A stretch of DNA of 64,000 nucleotides, taken from NCBI RefSeq assembly GCF_004010195.1, contig NC_057749.1, positions 7,337,416-7,401,415 on the forward strand. The letters run 5' to 3'. The notes under the pieces are model-generated. The model was not told the origin of the DNA, ran no database searches, and saw nothing but the letters and a program-made list of their open reading frames with translations. This DNA is from Chiloscyllium plagiosum. Taxonomy: Eukaryota. Every line of letters begins with the position of its first letter. The first letter of the stretch is position 1. A program made the translations under genes and the position numbers. Shown here piece after piece: positions 63,437-64,000 of this stretch.

Positions 63437-63640
63437 GTGGATAAGGGAAAACTGGCACCATGCTTTGAGGGCAGGACCTCGAAGGTTCTGATGGATGGGT
63501 TGGTGCAGAAGAAAGTCATCTTCATGTCACAACACTGGCAGAGGGTACCATGATGCTGGGCTTTGCTACCCAGTGCAGTGTCCTGAAAACGCTCAACAAT
63601 ATAAGAAGGTTTATGATCTTATTCACTCTTTGAGTGTAAG
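63437..63640 (+). pseudogene. Decayed Myb/SANT-like DNA-binding exon (Harbinger-type accessory ORF)
   Basis: KGKLAPCF...KVLMDGLVQKKVIF ... W ... SAVS ... NAQQYKKVYDL, then a gtaagt donor. Confidence 0.5.
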
Positions 63641-64000
63641 TTCCCATCATCACCTCTCTGCTAGCAAGGCTCAAGGTCCAGCAACCTCACTATTGTATGC
63701 AATGTCTTCCATCATTTGTGCTCATCCACTCCCTCCATCCAGACTACAAACCTGCATGCCCTCTGCACTTCATATTCACTCCCTTGGGCTACTTTACCGC
63801 CCTTCTGATTAGTGCATCACTTTCTGCGGTGTGCCAACCACTTTCATCTTACTCAGTGTCACCTTGAAATGAAAGATGTCAGAGTGCTCCAAAGTGCAAC
63901 AGAGAAGAGCAGAACTATACTGTCATGAGTCAGGGGTATGTCATAGGACTGCAGAGAGACTGGTGCACGTTGGATACCAGTTCTGGGAAGAGGGCTGGTA

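Overview
Repeat-dense vertebrate non-coding DNA, inferred to be shark (probably a carpet or bamboo shark) from HE1 V-SINEs, DeuSINEs and CR1/HER1-type LINEs. I found no confident host protein-coding exon; nearly all ORF-track entries are transposon remnants or chance ORFs. Contents: two large decayed Penelope-like elements (PLEs; RT plus GIY-YIG), many CR1, L2-like and Rex1/Babar fragments, about four SINE families, two solo-LTR families, a tRNA-Leu(TAG) pseudogene, a probable Harbinger-type Myb/SANT remnant, microsatellites and two N gaps. The strongest signal is roughly 20 short PLE-terminal inserts carrying minimal hammerhead-ribozyme cores (CTGANGA-stem II-GAAAC) from three sequence families. 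Most sit between 12-15 bp target-site duplications (TSDs). They occur as fold-backs, as a 96-bp ribozyme-only insert and as a direct-repeat mini-element. Also notable are a CR1 internally deleted to its 5' and 3' ends, and a non-coding retroposon with a YY1-motif head and a Rex1-like tail. Family names come from motif recognition, not database searches, and most repeat boundaries are approximate.
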